A DNA stretch of 64,000 nt from Rebecca billardiae RCC1528 (Eukaryota; Protista; Haptophyta): the NCBI GenBank assembly GCA_965240325.2, contig OZ251222.1:2294001-2358000 (forward strand), in the 5' to 3' direction. The notes beneath the pieces were generated by a model. It worked only from the letters and a program-made list of their open reading frames with translations, was not told the origin of the DNA and did no database searches. The stretch's first letter is position 1. Each line of letters starts with the position of its first letter. Made by a program: the position numbers and the translations under genes. Of the stretch, positions 12,182 through 22,782 are shown piece by piece.

Positions 12182-13746
12182 TCAGGGACGGCGCCGGCCC
12201 TGATGCTGCCGATTCGCCTTCTTGCCGCCACGTGGCGACAAGGACTTGCGCCGTCCGCGCGGAGGAGGCGAAAATGCCCGCAGGGCGAAAGCGCGCTGGG
12301 CCATGCCGGGGCTGCTGCGCGAGCGGTCCTTCACGTAGGTGCGCACCTCGTCCTTCGGCGACCACGTCACTCTGGGCCGCCGCTCCTGGCGCGGCGTGCT
12401 CGTCGGCGTCGCGCGCTCCGCGCCCACGCGGTCCGCGTCGTCCCGATTGGTTGGCTCAAGCTCAGCGCGCTTGGCAGCCGCAGCGGCAGCCTTTCGGCTG
12501 GGAAGATGTGCCGGTGCGCTCGCGGGTGACTCGTTGCGCCGATGCTTGACGAGCCGCAGAGCTGCCTCCGGCGTCACGGCCTCGCCCGCGTCGCCGCCGC
12601 CGCGAGGGCGCTTCTTGGCCATCTCAGGCCGACGGCGCGCAGCTGGCTTGAGCAGGTCATCGAGTGTGCGTTGCAGCGAGGCCAGCCCCGGGGCGGACCC
12701 CTCGCGAGGTGCTGCGCGGCGGGCGCCCTCGTCGGCGCGCGCCGCCATCTGTCGCCCGGCGCGCGCACCGCCGGTGCCGAGCGCCTCGAAGCGGCCGTGC
12801 AGATCGTACGCCAGTTGGCGGTTCAGCTCAGCCGTTGTCGAGTCCGACGCGAGCGCGAGGAGTGCGCGCGCGAGCTCGGCCGCGTCGAAGGGCGGAGGGT
12901 GTCGCTCGGCGTCCTCGCCCTCGTCGTCGTCGTCGTCCTCGCCCTCGCCCTCGTCCTCGGCGCCGCCGTTCGCCGCGTGGCCGCCTCCCCCGTCCCACTC
13001 GAGCAAGCGCGAGAAGACCGCATCCGCCACGCGCTCAGCGACGACGCGCTGCTTGGAGCGCTGCAGCAGCGTGAGGCACGGCTGCAGCAGTGTGTGCAGG
13101 ACGGCGGTGCTCGGCCAGCCGACCGCGCAGAGCTCGTCCAGGTACACGTCGCAGACGTGCGTGCGGATCCCTACCTGCGACGCGTGCACGTGTGGGCTCA
13201 ATGGACCCTCCGCGATCATGAGCACGGTCGCCTCGACCACGTCGCCATCCCAGCCGCCTGTCCGCAGGTGCACAAAAGTCTCTCGGAGCACGCGGCGCAC
13301 GAGCGTGAGGAACTTGTTGAGGCGGTGGTGGTCGATGGAGTGCCATTCGCGCGACATGGTGTGCCAGAATGTCTGCAGGAAAAGCCGCGCGCTCTCCTCC
13401 GTCGGCATCGCGTGCACCAAGCGCGCGACCGTCTGTGCAAGCTCGTGCTGCACGAGGGGCTTGTCCGAGTGCCACATGCAAAAGAAGAGGGCCTTCCAGA
13501 TCTTGAGCAGATCGAGCTCGGAGGGGTCGGCGCGGAGCGAGAGGTAGCCACTGAGTACCTTGATCGCCTTGTCGCGCGTCTTCTTGTCTGGAGGGCGGAG
13601 CCGGTGAGTCAAGCGCGACGCGCGACTTCATCAGCTTCGTGCGTTGCGCGCCGCGCGCCGCACACGCACGCGCGTGCATCCCGCCGACGCGCGTACACAC
13701 CATTGGATGCAAGCTGCTGGGCGAAGCGCCAGTGCTCGTCGGCCAT
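12182..13746 (-). CDS. RRP1: Ribosomal RNA processing protein 1 (Nop52 family), intron near 13588-13700
   Basis: MADEHWRFAQQLASN / DKKTRDKAIK...LLKIWKALFFCMWHSDKPLVQ...WHTMSREWHSIDHHRLNKF; basic C-terminus with a PP1-docking-like RVTW motif. Confidence 0.9.
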
Positions 13747-13949
13747 CGCCGCGCAGCGCACCCTCGCGCTAGACGCTTCGGCGTGCGCTCTTCTCCGCGG
13801 TGCCGCGCTCGCGGGGACACGAGCGCTCACGGTCGGGACGTGTGGCGACGTGATGCCACCACTCGCCGGCCGAAGGGACATCGCCAGCGACGAATTCGAT
13901 GGCTGCTGCGCCGTTCGTGCCGTCCTCCTGATCGGTGCACTGCTGACGG

Positions 13950-14964
13950 ATGCTCCCCGTCGTCCTCGGCGCATGGGCGTGTGCGATGATCCCATCCGTC
14001 GGATACACGACTGCTTGCGGCGCGCGCGTCGCCTGCCGCCTTCTCGGCGGTCCCGCGACGAGGCATTGCATTCGAGCCAATGTCAGGTGACCGGATGCAC
14101 GCTGCGCCGTGCTCGGCCCCTGTTCCAGGCGAGCACAGTTGGCAGATTGGCCGCCCGCCAGTGTACGAATCCAGGTGCTGACCCGCATGCTCACTCCCTC
14201 CATCCCGCGCCGCGCACGACGCACTCAGGCTCACGCAGCTCCAAGTTTACTTTGATGGCGGGTCTCGCGGCAATCCTGGTCCTGCCGGCTGCGGTGTTGT
14301 GGTCATCGACCAGGCCACAGGGGCTTGGATCCGTCAGCTTGGCGTGTACCTCGGGTCTCAGACGAACAACGAGGCTGAGTACAACGGCGCATTGGCTGCT
14401 GTGATGACCGCCGCCAAGCTGCGCAGCACACTTAGCGTAGATCGTGTCGTCTTCAAGGGTGACAGCCAGCTCGTCGTGCGGCAGCTCAACGGCATGTACC
14501 AGGTGCGCGCCGAGAACCTGAAGGACGTGCATGCGAAGGTTCTTTCCATTGCGCGCAAGGCCTTCGCCGGCCGTTTCGAGTTCCAGCACGTCATGCGCGA
14601 AGATAATAGCGTGGCGGACAGGCTCGCCAACGAGGCCATGGACAGGCAGAAGAGCTTCGAGCGGAGGCGCACACTTCCAAACCCCACCGCTGACGCACGC
14701 GCCGCTGACTCCCCTGCAGATCCTACGCCCGAGGCCTCCCCCACGGGCGTGGCGTTGGCCTTGGATTCGCAAGACACGGAGCTCGACTCCTCTGCGCTGA
14801 CAGCCACCGAGATCAACCGGCTCCGAGTCGCACAACTGAAATGGGAGCTCGATCGCTGCGGCCTGCCCACCGATGGACGCGCACAGGAGCTCCGCGATCG
14901 TCTCAGGCTGCACCTGAACTTGCGTCCAGCGCGACGGGCTAGCGGGGCTGCCAAGCCGCCATGA
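13950..14964 (+). CDS. Ribonuclease HI (DGGSRGNPG subtype) fused to a C-terminal SAP domain; probable N-terminal targeting peptide; 5' exon structure uncertain
   Basis: VYFDGGSRGNPGPAG...TNNEAEY...FKGDSQLVVRQLNG...HVMREDNSVADRLAN gives the DEDD catalytic set; INRLRVAQLKWELDRCGLPTDGRAQELRDRL is SAP-like; upstream exon MLPVVLGAWACAM is hydrophobic. Confidence 0.85.
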
Positions 14965-15325
14965 TTTCAACAGGCGCGTCTCGCATCACTAGCTGTCTAG
15001 CAGTGTCGTCGTGTTTTTAAAAGTACAGTTTATTATATATATAATATATTGTCGATTAATCGAATAATATTGCAGCGGGCACTGATCTGAGAACGTCTGA
15101 ACGGTGCCCGAGCCGCGAGCGGCCCTGTCAATTGTGGCCCGCGCTGAGTGAGTGCGCAGAGCAGCTGAATATACGTACACGCACCCGGCCTCCGCACTCA
15201 TCAGGCTACGCACCATTGACAAGTCTGTACCGTGCCCTGTTAAAGGATGGCGTGTCTGCGCGGCGTGTAGCTTACAGAGTCAGAGACATCAAAGGATTTG
15301 TCCTGCAAGTGTTTGATGTCTCCGT

Positions 15326-15844
15326 TCACGCCATCCTCTGCGTTGCGATGAGCGTGAGGATACCCTGGGGTCCGAGTAGGATCTCACGGAAGAACGAGCA
15401 CGTCGCCAGCCAGATGATCGGGGTGATATCCACGCCGCCAATAGGCTCAACAACGCCGCGAAGGAGGCGAAGGAAGGGCTCGACCGGGAGCGCAAGCGCC
15501 TTGAAGGGCATCCTGTTCAACAGCTGGGGATACCAGCTCAGCACAATGCGAACGAGAAACAGACCGGTGAAGAGGGTCAGAGTTGGATCGAGGATTGCCT
15601 TGGCCAGGGCTGCCTGCTCCGCCGCCCCATCCGATGCAACAGCAGCAAGTGGCGTCATAAGCATGGCGCTCGCAACTGTGTTCAGCGGCAGTGCACCGAC
15701 AGCATCGTGTACGGCCGGTGGCCGGGTGCTCACTGGCGACGGTCGAATGCCGCCCAGATCTCCTCCGCGCACGCGCGACCGCGGCGATGGTGAGTGCAGG
15801 GCGAGAGCGCCCGCAACGAGCGCCTGCGCAATCATCGTCGACAT
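15326..15844 (-). CDS. CCB3: YGGT-family plastid protein, cytochrome b6f heme ci assembly factor CCB3-like
   Basis: LFLVRIVLSWYP...PVEPFLRLLRGVVEPIGGVDITPIIW...EILLGPQGIL, a CCB3-type YGGT core after a targeting presequence. Confidence 0.8.
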   Translation of the reverse strand: MSTMIAQALVAGALALHSPSPRSRVRGGDLGGIRPSPVSTRPPAVHDAVGALPLNTVASAMLMTPLAAVASDGAAEQAALAKAILDPTLTLFTGLFLVRIVLSWYPQLLNRMPFKALALPVEPFLRLLRGVVEPIGGVDITPIIWLATCSFFREILLGPQGILTLIATQRMA

Positions 15845-16027
15845 CGTGGCCCGGCGTGCAAAGTTCTCGAGTGTGTACTCGTGTTGCACACCTGCGAGGC
15901 TGCGACTCCCTTGTCCGGATGCCAGTCCGGCTGTGGACGTATTTTATTATTTCGCCGCCGAGGAGCTCTCGACTCTCGAGCGACCCACCAAGCGGCCAGC
16001 CGAACGACTGCGAAGCACATCGTCATC

Positions 16028-16504
16028 ATGCTCTGCGCGCTGCTCCTTGTCGCGCCCGCTGCGATGGTGCGCAGTGGCTCGGCGTTCATGCCGGCGGTGA
16101 CCGCGCCTGTGGCTCGCGCGCAGCCTCTTATGACGCTCGGCATGGATGGGCCGCGTAAGGTCCTTGCCAGCGCGATCGTTGCGGCCGGGCTCGCGGCGAG
16201 CGCGCCAGCCATTGCTGCGCCTGCTGACATCTCGCTGCCCTCGACGTCCGTCGCGGCCATCTCGAGCGAATTCAAAGTTGATGAGGAGGAACTTCGGCCC
16301 GAGCAGCGCAAATACCTGGAGGAGCGCTCAGCCAAGCCGCAGGTGACGGAGTACGAGAAGCAGGTCGAGGGCACGTACAAGAAGAAGGAGGTCACGGAGG
16401 GCGGCAAGTTCAAGTACTCCACGGTGGTGGTTGGGCTCCTCGTCATCTCTGTCGCCGCACCCATGGCGCAGTTCTTTTACTACGTCAAGGAGGAGGACGA
16501 GTAG
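16028..16504 (+). CDS. Uncharacterised plastid (probably thylakoid) membrane protein
   Basis: Signal peptide, SAF motif, transit region, second hydrophobic stretch ending AIA (lumen signal-like), charged domain and C-terminal TM helix; strong GC3 codon bias. Confidence 0.7.
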   Translation: MLCALLLVAPAAMVRSGSAFMPAVTAPVARAQPLMTLGMDGPRKVLASAIVAAGLAASAPAIAAPADISLPSTSVAAISSEFKVDEEELRPEQRKYLEERSAKPQVTEYEKQVEGTYKKKEVTEGGKFKYSTVVVGLLVISVAAPMAQFFYYVKEEDE

Positions 16505-18448
16505 GCATTCCTCGTCGCAAACCCTGGTATCCCAGCCGTTCATTTCTTGGGGTCAGGGTCTTCACCCGATGCGACAGTTTCGCACAAGGTGAGGTCGTGC
16601 GGAGAAATGCGTCCCGACATCTGGCCCGCCTGCTGCGCTCTGCCCGGGTATTGGCCAGCAGCGGCAGCTCTCCAAGCTTGGCCCGCTGTGAAGGGCTGAC
16701 GGCTGTGAGTGCCGTGACGGCTGACGCCACAGCCGCCTCACGGCCACGCCAATGCGGCCCGGGCAGTGAGGCACTAAGTGGCCGGTCACTAACGGTCTGC
16801 GGAATACATCTAATACGGTAAATGTATGATACTGGCGACCCGTTTCTTTGGCTTACTACTGTATTACGGCTGTACAATGTAACGGCCTGTCAGACTCACA
16901 GACTACAGTAAGTGTCGCTGTGTCGCCGCTAAGCCGGACGCAGGCGGCGTGAGAGTGAGACCGCGTACGGTCACGCGTCAGACCGGTACCGCGAATTAAT
17001 TATAACTGCGGTGCGCTCAGCAAATACAATATATATGCTAATAAGCTGAAGCCTATAACAGTTCGTCCTACCTGTGTCGTTAAATCAGCATATAGATAAT
17101 GAGTACGGTGTAAAAATCAATCGTAATATTCATTGAAATATATATGGCGGGCGCGGGTCAGTCAGTATATATATATAATAATAATATATATGGCTAATCA
17201 GACAGTCATCATTGAGTCGGCTAAGCCTGCTACGTCTTCAGAGTCAGACACTCCCGCCGAGACCGCGACGGAGCAGTAGCGCATATTACTTAATTATCGG
17301 ACGACGTGACCCGGACGTTTAGACGGCGCATGCGGCATGGCAGCGCACACGCGGGCTGAACGGCGACCCGCGTGATACTGATAACTGAGCCTGATATTAC
17401 TATGGCGGTAGAGCGAATCTGAATCATGGATTCATGGGCGGCCCGGGCCCGACGCCGGGCGGCGCTGGCTCCGATTAGACGAGTGGTCGTAACAGTGAGT
17501 CGGGATGCGTCATGGTTGGTGCAACTGCCCAAGTAAGTGCCCCGCCGCCGCGCCGACGCGGATGATGCTGAGCGGTCGGTGGCACCGGAGTCTCACTTTG
17601 CCTTTGTTTGTAACTTGCGCAGTCCGTCAGTCAGATTCGCGGCGCGGTCAGGCTGCAATGTAAATATTTTAATATATATATATGTCTGGCTTAAATTATT
17701 GACAGATGCAATCGACAATAATCCGAGCCGGGTAACCTGCCTTCTGTATGATAAATAATGATACATCTGAGCCTTCTCGGAGCAGCCCTCGGAGCTCCAA
17801 CTCATCCGCCGGGACTTCTGAATGAAGTGCGGACATGCATCTCGGACTGTTAGTGAGTGTTAGTGCTGCATGGCGTAGCTAGCTTACTTAGTACTACGCG
17901 GTAACGGTACTCCCGGTACCGCAGGCGGGTAGTGGGTACAGTAGCTTACGGCCTACGGGGCACGGGCCGCGGGCGCGGGCCCGGTGCGCCGACAGCCCGC
18001 TTTTAGACTTTCTGAATTCTTACGGTAATAATATCATATATAGCTTAGTGATGATGAACTGTAACTCGATCTAATAATACGGTGTAGAACAGAACTTTGA
18101 CGCGGGTCGCGGGGCCTGCAGCCTGGCCTACGAATGACTGAGCCACTGAGCGGCCCGAAGGGGTCGGACCGCGAATCAGCGGCCATGCGTCACGCCAACT
18201 CGCCACGGCCGCGATCAGAAGAACACGGCGTTCGTCGACGGGCAGTCTGTGGTCGCGAACGCGTTGGCGTCCCACACGCAGTCGTACCCACATGAGCTCA
18301 AAGCGGTCGGCCAACCCGCGTGCCGCGCCGCCAGGGTCACGGGCCGCGCTGCAAGTGTGCATCATCAGTCGACTTGCACGCAGGCATCGCGCGGCACGTA
18401 TGCGGATCGGCGGGCAAGGGCCCGACACCGCGGTGGGCCAGCGGCCGA

Positions 18449-19474
18449 TCACTCGTCCTTTTTCTTGTGAAGCCCCTCCAGGTATTCCGCGAGCGTCTCC
18501 GGGGACGAAGGACGCGAGATGAGCCACTCGTGCGTCATGAGCTTGCTCGCGGCCGGCCTGTCTCTCGGTTCCTTTGCGAGGCACGTCGCCACAAACTCCT
18601 CACACGCGCTCGAGACCAGGCCAGCCTCCACGGTGGGCACGGGCCCCTCACAGATGCGCATGACCATCTGCATGAAGTTGCGCGCCTGCGGGTACGGGTA
18701 CTCGCCCGAGACCATCTCGAGGATGATCAGGCCCATCGCCCAGATGTCGGCGTCGTACCCGTAGTTGGCACCCTTGATCCGCTCGGGTGACATGTACGCC
18801 GTCGTGCCGCACTGCGTGACGGCGAGGGCGAGGGTGTTGTCCAGCTGCTTGCTGATGCCGAAGTCGCCGAGCTTCACCTCCCCGCGCTTCGTCAGCATCA
18901 CGTTCGCCGGCTTGAGGTCGCGGTGCACCTGCTTCTGCTCCTGGTGCAAGTACGCGAGCCCCTCGAGCGACTGGCAAACGATCTCGGACATCTGATTCTC
19001 GGGTATGCGCGGCGAGGCGTCCTTGGGTGTGAGCTTGATGACGTCGTCGAGGGAGCCCGCGTCGCAGAACTCGAGCGCAAGGTAGATGCGGCCGTTGTCG
19101 AAGAACGCATCGATGAACCTCACGAGGTGGTCGGAGTGGGCCTTGTGCAGAATCTGGATCTCATTCATCGTCATGTGCATCGTGTCCGCGTCGCACATGA
19201 CGTTGAGCTCCTTGAGCGCCATGGTGGTTTCGGAGTTTTTATCCTTCACCAACCTCACCGTGCTGCTCGCACCCGCGCCGAGCGTGCGCTGCACCTCGAG
19301 GTCGTCGAGGTTGAATTCCGTGCGCCCCTCAAGCCCGCTACGGCCGTGCAACGTGAGCGACTCCTTCGTGAAGGTGCCGGTCTCTGTGAGGTCGAAAGAG
19401 TCTTCCTTCTCCAGCGTCGGAGGCATCTGCACCGACGGCGGGTCTATCGTAAAGTGGGGGCGATTGAGTGGCAT
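18449..19474 (-). CDS. MAP kinase kinase (STE7 family)
   Basis: LGAGASSTV, MALK, HRDLKPAN, DFG, activation loop T-LALAV-T (T-X5-T), GTTAYMSPERI, DIWAMG. Confidence 0.95.
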   Translation of the reverse strand: MPLNRPHFTIDPPSVQMPPTLEKEDSFDLTETGTFTKESLTLHGRSGLEGRTEFNLDDLEVQRTLGAGASSTVRLVKDKNSETTMALKELNVMCDADTMHMTMNEIQILHKAHSDHLVRFIDAFFDNGRIYLALEFCDAGSLDDVIKLTPKDASPRIPENQMSEIVCQSLEGLAYLHQEQKQVHRDLKPANVMLTKRGEVKLGDFGISKQLDNTLALAVTQCGTTAYMSPERIKGANYGYDADIWAMGLIILEMVSGEYPYPQARNFMQMVMRICEGPVPTVEAGLVSSACEEFVATCLAKEPRDRPAASKLMTHEWLISRPSSPETLAEYLEGLHKKKDE

Positions 19475-19801
19475 CTTCGCCCCCTACTGTGCCGCTGGTG
19501 TGGCGTCGCCCCCCTTGCTGGAGGCCCTGACTCTGGAGCGCCTCCGCTGACGAAAGAGCGTGCTGCTGGCAGGAGCGAGAGTCCGGTCCGGGGGGCTAAC
19601 TCGGCCACTCTACAACTCGGCACGTTCGCGGTCGCCGGTCGCTCGGCACGGGTGCGCACGCCCACCAGCCCGCCAGCCTGCGCCCGCGGAAGATTTTACA
19701 GCTCGTCGTCGATTTTTGGCCGGCGGAGAAAGGACGCGAGGCAAAATCGCGCGCGCGCGACTGTTTCGTCGTCGACAAGCTAGTCGTTTTTCTCGAGCAG
19801 C

Positions 19802-20431
19802 ATGGAGCCAGACCAGACGTTCGTCGACCATCGCGGCAAGGAGCACCCATTGCTCCCGCCGACCGATGACATGCTGTATGACGGCGAGCGCATCCCTCTT
19901 CATCGCGATCTGCAGCAGGTGCTGAAGGACTACACGAAGGCGGTGATGGCAGAGCGACCGACAAATGTTGCCGAGTGGTCTGCTGAGTACTTTGCCGTCC
20001 GCGCCAGGGAGTCTGCGCGCCAGGGCTCGCCAAGCGCTGCACTCTTGCGCAGCGCTCCACCCCAGTTCCGACGACTACCTGTCGAAGTTCAGGATCGTGT
20101 CTGTGACGTGTTCCTCGCCTACGACAGGGATAAGAGCGGCTTCATCAACAAGCAAGAATTTTGGACCATGCTCAAGGAGGTGCGCGGCGCGGCCTGCCGC
20201 CACCGGCCCGTGCACCGGGCACCCGGCCGACGAGCGCGCGTCTGACACGCGCGCCACTTCCCTGTCTCGCCGGTCGCGTCTGTATAGGTTGGTGCTTTCT
20301 TCGGTGTCACGCCATTGGAGGACGAGGCGGCAGACGAGCTGAAGGACATTGACACCAACAGCGACATGGTGCTATCGTGGTTTGAGTTTGCCACGGCACA
20401 GACGCGCTGGCTGACAGCCAAGGGCATATGA
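19802..20431 (+). CDS. RIIa/ropporin-type dimerisation-docking domain plus EF-hand protein (radial-spoke-like); intron 20180-20287
   Basis: LQQVLKDYTKAVMAERPTNVAEWSAEYF (RIIa D/D motif); EF loops DRDKSGFINKQE and DTNSDMVLSWFE; GT-AG intron keeps the frame. Confidence 0.8.
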
Positions 20432-20969
20432 GCTGCGATGAACAGGACCGCTGCCCAGGTGTTGCAGGTGGTACGTGTACACCATTGCGGCCTACGCGTG
20501 GACGTACTCTTGGCACGACACGGACACGAGCAGTTGCTCCTGTCACCTGCGAGGCGCGACATGCGGGCCGCACGACATGACATCACTCACATGACGCCGC
20601 AGTTCGGCGGCCCCGGTGTCGCCGTAGCCGTAGGGCTCCGAAGTACGACGACAGTCATTAAGCGCGCTGAGGCTGACGTGACCCGCGTGAATAATATTGC
20701 TCTCTCTCTCTCGATCTCTCGTCTCTCTCTCTCCCTGCTGCTCTCCGTTTCCTTCTCGTCCGTGACCGTGTCACTCGATCCGTCTAGTCATCTCTCTCTC
20801 AGCTCTCTCTCTCTCTCTCACTCTATCCGGCCGCGCCGACTTTCCGCCCCAGGGGCCCCGGGCCCGGCGGCTCGGACGCGGACGAGCGCGGGCCAGCGGC
20901 AGCGGGGCGGTCCATGAGCCCGAGTCACCCGGCCGGCGGCCCGCCATGCTGCGCGCGACTCCGAGATGA

Positions 20970-22775
20970 TCAGGATGTCGGACTCAGTGCCGCTCCATCC
21001 GCCGGTGACGATTCTGCTGCTGGCTGCAGCTCGACCTGTGCATGTGCTGGCTGTGCTTCTCGGCTTGCTGTGGCGTTCCGCCACACGTCAAGTGCGGGGC
21101 GAGCCTCTGCATCGCGTGCGACGGCCACCTTGCCCCCGGATGAGCCAGGCTCGGCAGAGACAGGATGCCGTGCGGGACTGCCAGCCGTTGACAAGTCTGC
21201 TGGCTGCATTTCGCTCGTGCCATGCTCGGGCTGCGCTCTCGTGCCATTCCACACGCCAGGCGCCCCTCGCCCCCTGGAGTCTCCGGCCGAGGTGGCTGCC
21301 GAGGGCTCGGGCACAGCGAGCGCCAGCCATCGCGAGGGCTTCTTGCTGCTGCTGTGCCGGCCGAGCTCCTCGAGCAGCTCGTCGACCGTGTCGAGCATCG
21401 GTCGCCCTGTTGTCTCGATCTGCAGAGTGAACGCCAGGGCTGCGCACACCAGTGCCACGAAAGAGTACACGGCGAGTGCGAAGCGCGTCGAGGTGCGGCT
21501 CAGCACCTGCGCCACGAACGGCGTGCTCATGCCGCCCAGCCGAGAGAACGAGCAGCACCAGCCGATGCCCAGCGCGCGCACGCTCGATGGGTACACCTCG
21601 CCCGTGTACACGTACATGGCCTGAAAGAGGGACGCAACTGTTGCGCGCATGATGAACAGCATGGCATCCTGGAATGTGCCCGCCGTGCACGGGATGATGA
21701 GGGCCAGCGCGAGCGCGAGGAGCAAGCTGGGCCAACCGATCGTTCGCCTTCGACCTATCACGTCGATCACCATGAACGTCAGCAGGAGGCCAGGGAGCTC
21801 TCCGGCAGTCGCGACAAAGTTGGCGTTGTAATCTTCGTCGGTGAGCGGCCTGCAGACGTCTTGCTCGGCATTGTCCACGGGCGACGCGTGGCGGTATGAG
21901 CAGGGGTCTGCGGAGAGCAGCTCGGTGGTGAGGAGCACGGAGCCGTAGTAGCTGAACGCGCCGCAGAACCAGAGGGCCCATTGGGAGATCGTCAGTCGGC
22001 GCAGGCCTGGCGCAAAGAGGTCCGCCACAGATGCGCTCGTGTCCGCCTGCGTGCGCGCTGGTCGCTGCAGCTCGCGGGCGGGCATCGTGACGCCGTTCGC
22101 CTCCATCGCTGCCTTTACGACGCGCTCCGCTTCCTCCATCCGCCCCTGCGACGCGTAGAAGCGTGCGGACTCGGGGATGCACGGCGCGAGCAGCAGCAGG
22201 AACACCACAGGGAACGTTGAGAGCGCAAGGAGCCAGCGCCAGCCGAGCGTCGGCATCACGAGCCGCGCCAAGCCCGCCTCGGCCATGGCGCCGGCCGACC
22301 ACCAGAAGCACAGCGCGATCCCGAGCCGCCCACGCGCCTTCACCGGCAGGAACTCCATGAGCAGGCTGAAGGCGACCGGCACGCCCGAGACGCCGATGCC
22401 GACCACCATGCGCGCAGTGAGCAAAGCGCCAAACGAGGGCGCGAAGGCGCACGCAAGCCCCGCCACGAAGATGACGGCGGTGGAGATCAGCAGCGACGTG
22501 CGCCGCCCGTAGGCATCGGCGACGGCCCCCCAGAAGACACTCCCCACCGACATGCCCGCAAACACAATTGTGGCCATCATCGCCGCCTGAAAGTCGGTCA
22601 CGCCCCACTCGCAGCGTACGGCCGGCCCCACGAACGCGAGAAGCAGCACTTCCATCGCGTCAACCATCCACGCGAATCCACAGACAACGAAGAGCTTCAC
22701 ATGGAAGCGCCCCAAGGGGATCATGTCTAGCGCATCGTCAACTGTGAAGGCGGCCTCGCCGAGCGCGGCCTCCAT
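20970..22775 (-). CDS. MFS transporter, SV2/SVOP-related
   Basis: 601 aa; GRFHVKLFVVCGFAWMVDAMEV, motif A ADAYGRR, IPESARF, DVIGRR, YVYTGEVYPSSVRALG. Confidence 0.93.
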   Translation of the reverse strand: MEAALGEAAFTVDDALDMIPLGRFHVKLFVVCGFAWMVDAMEVLLLAFVGPAVRCEWGVTDFQAAMMATIVFAGMSVGSVFWGAVADAYGRRTSLLISTAVIFVAGLACAFAPSFGALLTARMVVGIGVSGVPVAFSLLMEFLPVKARGRLGIALCFWWSAGAMAEAGLARLVMPTLGWRWLLALSTFPVVFLLLLAPCIPESARFYASQGRMEEAERVVKAAMEANGVTMPARELQRPARTQADTSASVADLFAPGLRRLTISQWALWFCGAFSYYGSVLLTTELLSADPCSYRHASPVDNAEQDVCRPLTDEDYNANFVATAGELPGLLLTFMVIDVIGRRRTIGWPSLLLALALALIIPCTAGTFQDAMLFIMRATVASLFQAMYVYTGEVYPSSVRALGIGWCCSFSRLGGMSTPFVAQVLSRTSTRFALAVYSFVALVCAALAFTLQIETTGRPMLDTVDELLEELGRHSSSKKPSRWLALAVPEPSAATSAGDSRGRGAPGVWNGTRAQPEHGTSEMQPADLSTAGSPARHPVSAEPGSSGGKVAVARDAEARPALDVWRNATASREAQPAHAQVELQPAAESSPADGAALSPTS

Positions 22776-22782
22776 CGTGCGT

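Noticed and set aside
12542-14404. Long antisense ORFs over real genes (e.g. 12542-14404, 5027-6439, 8446-9603, 21088-22608, 33511-34848)
   Set aside because: Shadow ORFs expected at high GC3; the opposite strand or frame carries recognisable proteins.
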